DNA of 64,000 nucleotides from an uncultured Acidobacteriota bacterium (GTDB lineage Bacteria; Acidobacteriota; Blastocatellia; RBC074), in assembly GCA_963796275.1 (NCBI GenBank), contig CAWCKY010000003.1, forward strand, positions 1,280,001 to 1,344,000. The letters run 5' to 3'. Shown in pieces: positions 61,930 to 64,000 of this stretch. Every line of letters starts with the position of its first letter. Within the stretch, counting starts at the first letter, position 1. A program made the position numbers and the translations under genes. The notes under the pieces were generated by a model. That model worked only from the letters and a program-made list of their open reading frames with translations, had not been told where the DNA came from and did no database searches.

Positions 61930-61980
61930 TAGCCGATAGCAAGCGATATTAGAGCGTCGTCAAGGAGGCAAGACAAAATT

Positions 61981-62181
61981 ATGGGTCAAGCGATCGGAAC
62001 AATTATCGTAGTGGTTATCGCGCTCGTGGTTATTGCAGCCGTCGGAAGTTTGGTTATCTCTGTGCTTGGAATGTTTCTTGCTTTTATTCCTTTGCTGATC
62101 AAGCTGGCGATCTGGGGTGGATTGATATATCTGGGTTGGCTGGTGTTTCGCAAAATCGCTCAAGATAAGACTGCTGATTGA
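61981..62181 (+). CDS. Small two-TM membrane protein
   Basis: AAGGAGG RBS; hydrophobic 66 aa. Confidence 0.75.
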   Translation: MGQAIGTIIVVVIALVVIAAVGSLVISVLGMFLAFIPLLIKLAIWGGLIYLGWLVFRKIAQDKTAD

Positions 62182-62375
62182 TTGGTCGTTCAATCAATCT
62201 CGGCAAAGTTAAAGCCGCATCATCTGCTCACAGCCCTGTCTCCGAAATGCAGCATCTGAACTTTTTTGCCGCATAAAGGTTAGTGGGCCGATGATGCGGC
62301 CTCTTTTTGCACATCTAGCCTGGTGGATATAAGAATAAGCTAGATTGAGTTCACGCGAGCGCTCCCAAATATCTG

Positions 62376-63035
62376 CTAATTTCCTACCAAACCAATCAAT
62401 TCACTGAATCGTTCGATCAAATAATCAGCCCCGGCTTCGGTCAATTCCGTCCGCCCGCGAAAGCCTGGAATATAACCGCATGTTTCCATCCCGGCAGCTT
62501 TTCCGGCCGCCACATCTACGCGGGTGTCGCCGATCATCAGCGACATCCGCGGCGCCGCCGCACAACGGCGAACCGCTTCCAGCAACATCGACGGCGAGGG
62601 TTTGCGCTCCGGCAGGCTGTCTCCGCCGAGGATTATATCGAAATGTTTGTGTAAACCTATGCCATCCAGAAGAGCGATCGTGAATTCGTACGGTTTGTTG
62701 GTCACGACCGCTTTCGGGATGTGCGCCAGGGTCGTCAGAGTCTCCTCGACTTCGGGATAGATCGTTGTTCGATCCAATAGATGTTCGCGGTAGTGGCGAC
62801 CGAAGGCTTCCAGCGCACGATCGATCTCCGATGTTTGCGGCGCCGTTTCCCCGGTCGAGCGCAGCGCTCTCTCGACCAGCAGTCTTGCGCCCTCTCCGAC
62901 GAAATTTATTACCCTCTCGTCAGGCAGCCCCTCGCGACCGAATTCGACAAGCATGAGGTTGATCGATTTGATCAGGTCGGCTCGTGAATCCACGAGCGTG
63001 CCATCAAGATCGAAGAGCAGACATTGATATTTCAC
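62376..63035 (-). CDS. HAD hydrolase, phosphoglycolate phosphatase-like
   Basis: [24 protein letters not shown]. Confidence 0.92.
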   Translation of the reverse strand: MKYQCLLFDLDGTLVDSRADLIKSINLMLVEFGREGLPDERVINFVGEGARLLVERALRSTGETAPQTSEIDRALEAFGRHYREHLLDRTTIYPEVEETLTTLAHIPKAVVTNKPYEFTIALLDGIGLHKHFDIILGGDSLPERKPSPSMLLEAVRRCAAAPRMSLMIGDTRVDVAAGKAAGMETCGYIPGFRGRTELTEAGADYLIERFSELIGLVGN

Positions 63036-63070
63036 TTTTGCATTCCTTCTAAAAAGAATAGTATTGCCAG

Positions 63071-64000
63071 ATGGATATCAAGCATTTCAATGATGATCAG
63101 ACGCCCAAATATACAAACCGGCTGATCCACGAGACAAGCCCTTATCTGCTTCAGCACGCGCACAATCCGGTGGATTGGTTCCCCTGGGGTGAGAGAGGCG
63201 CTGGACCGAGCGCGAGCGGAGGATAAACCAATCCACCTCAGTATCGGATATTCGGCCTGTCACTGGTGTCATGTGCTCGCCCACGAGAGCTTCGAGAACG
63301 AGTCCACCGCGGAACTGCTGAACGAAAACTTCATCAATATCAAAGTCGATCGTGAAGAACGCCCTGATCTGGATGCGATCTATATGAACGCCGTACAGAT
63401 GATAACCGGGAGCGGCGGGTGGCCGCTGACGATATTCATGACGCCGGATGGCAGGCCTTTCTATGGAGGTACATATTTCCCGCCGGTCGATCGCTATGGG
63501 ATGCCCGGATTTCCCCGTCTTCTCGTCACGATCGCCGATGCCTACCAGACGCGCCGGAACGAGGTCGAACAGAATGCCGGAGAATTAGTGAACGAATTGA
63601 AGCGGCTGGATCAGATAAATCATCAGGAGGGCGAACTCGGAATCGAAATCCTCGACCAGGCAGCCAACCAATTACTGCGGTCGCTCGATCCTGTTTACGG
63701 CGGGTTCGGCAGCAAGCCCAAATTTCCGCCATCCATGACGCTCACGTTTCTTTTGCGACAATTTCATCGAACGGGAAATGAATCGGCTCGGAGGGGCGTT
63801 GAATTGACGCTCGAGAAGATGGCGAAAGGTGGGATGTATGATCAGCTCGGCGGAGGATTCCACCGTTATTCGGTCGATGAAAAATGGCTGGTACCCCATT
63901 TCGAGAAGATGCTCTACGACAATGCGCTTCTCAGCCGCGTTTACCTCGACGCATACCTCGTCACCGGCAACGAATTTTATCGCCGGATCACGACGGAGAC
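63071..64000 (+). CDS. Thioredoxin-domain protein (YyaL/SPATA20 family), partial, frameshift at ~63194
   Basis: [25 protein letters not shown], then [39 protein letters not shown]; missed by the ORF track; runs off the window. Confidence 0.92.

Overview
Mostly core bacterial chromosome, about 55% GC by eye. Gene content and order suggest Acidobacteriota, possibly Blastocatellia-like (inference). Core loci: RomR-like regulator-valS-nadC-birA, an RNA m5U methyltransferase, comEC/comEA, tatA, ileS-lspA-lgt, GT4/Wzt, topA, a split his operon (hisZGDCBH...hisA), thrB, ThiF-like, Ca2+/H+ antiporter, NamZ-like, FmdE, CDF transporter, rnc, M20/HD/S41/YCF48 proteins, lysS-LolC/E-like, HAD and a YyaL-like gene running off the end. 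No rRNA, tRNA or CRISPR array was seen. Two non-obvious structures stand out. (1) A nested mobile element at 8.1-12.3 kb: an IS66-type non-autonomous element (8131-11588, GTAAC termini, exact 8-bp TSD CAAATAAG) carries a PDZ-membrane-GAF-PP2C gene; its transposase remnant is interrupted by a 218-bp MITE containing a REP-like hairpin, and a Y1 (IS200/RAYT-like) transposase lies next to it. (2) About a dozen intergenic inverted repeats built from 7-, 8- or 9-nt tandem units; one pair (perfect 19-bp arms) encloses a decayed four-helix-bundle (23S rRNA IVS-type) gene between hisD and hisC. Three conserved genes carry single extra-A frameshifts that may be sequencing errors. All family assignments come from motif recognition, not database searches.
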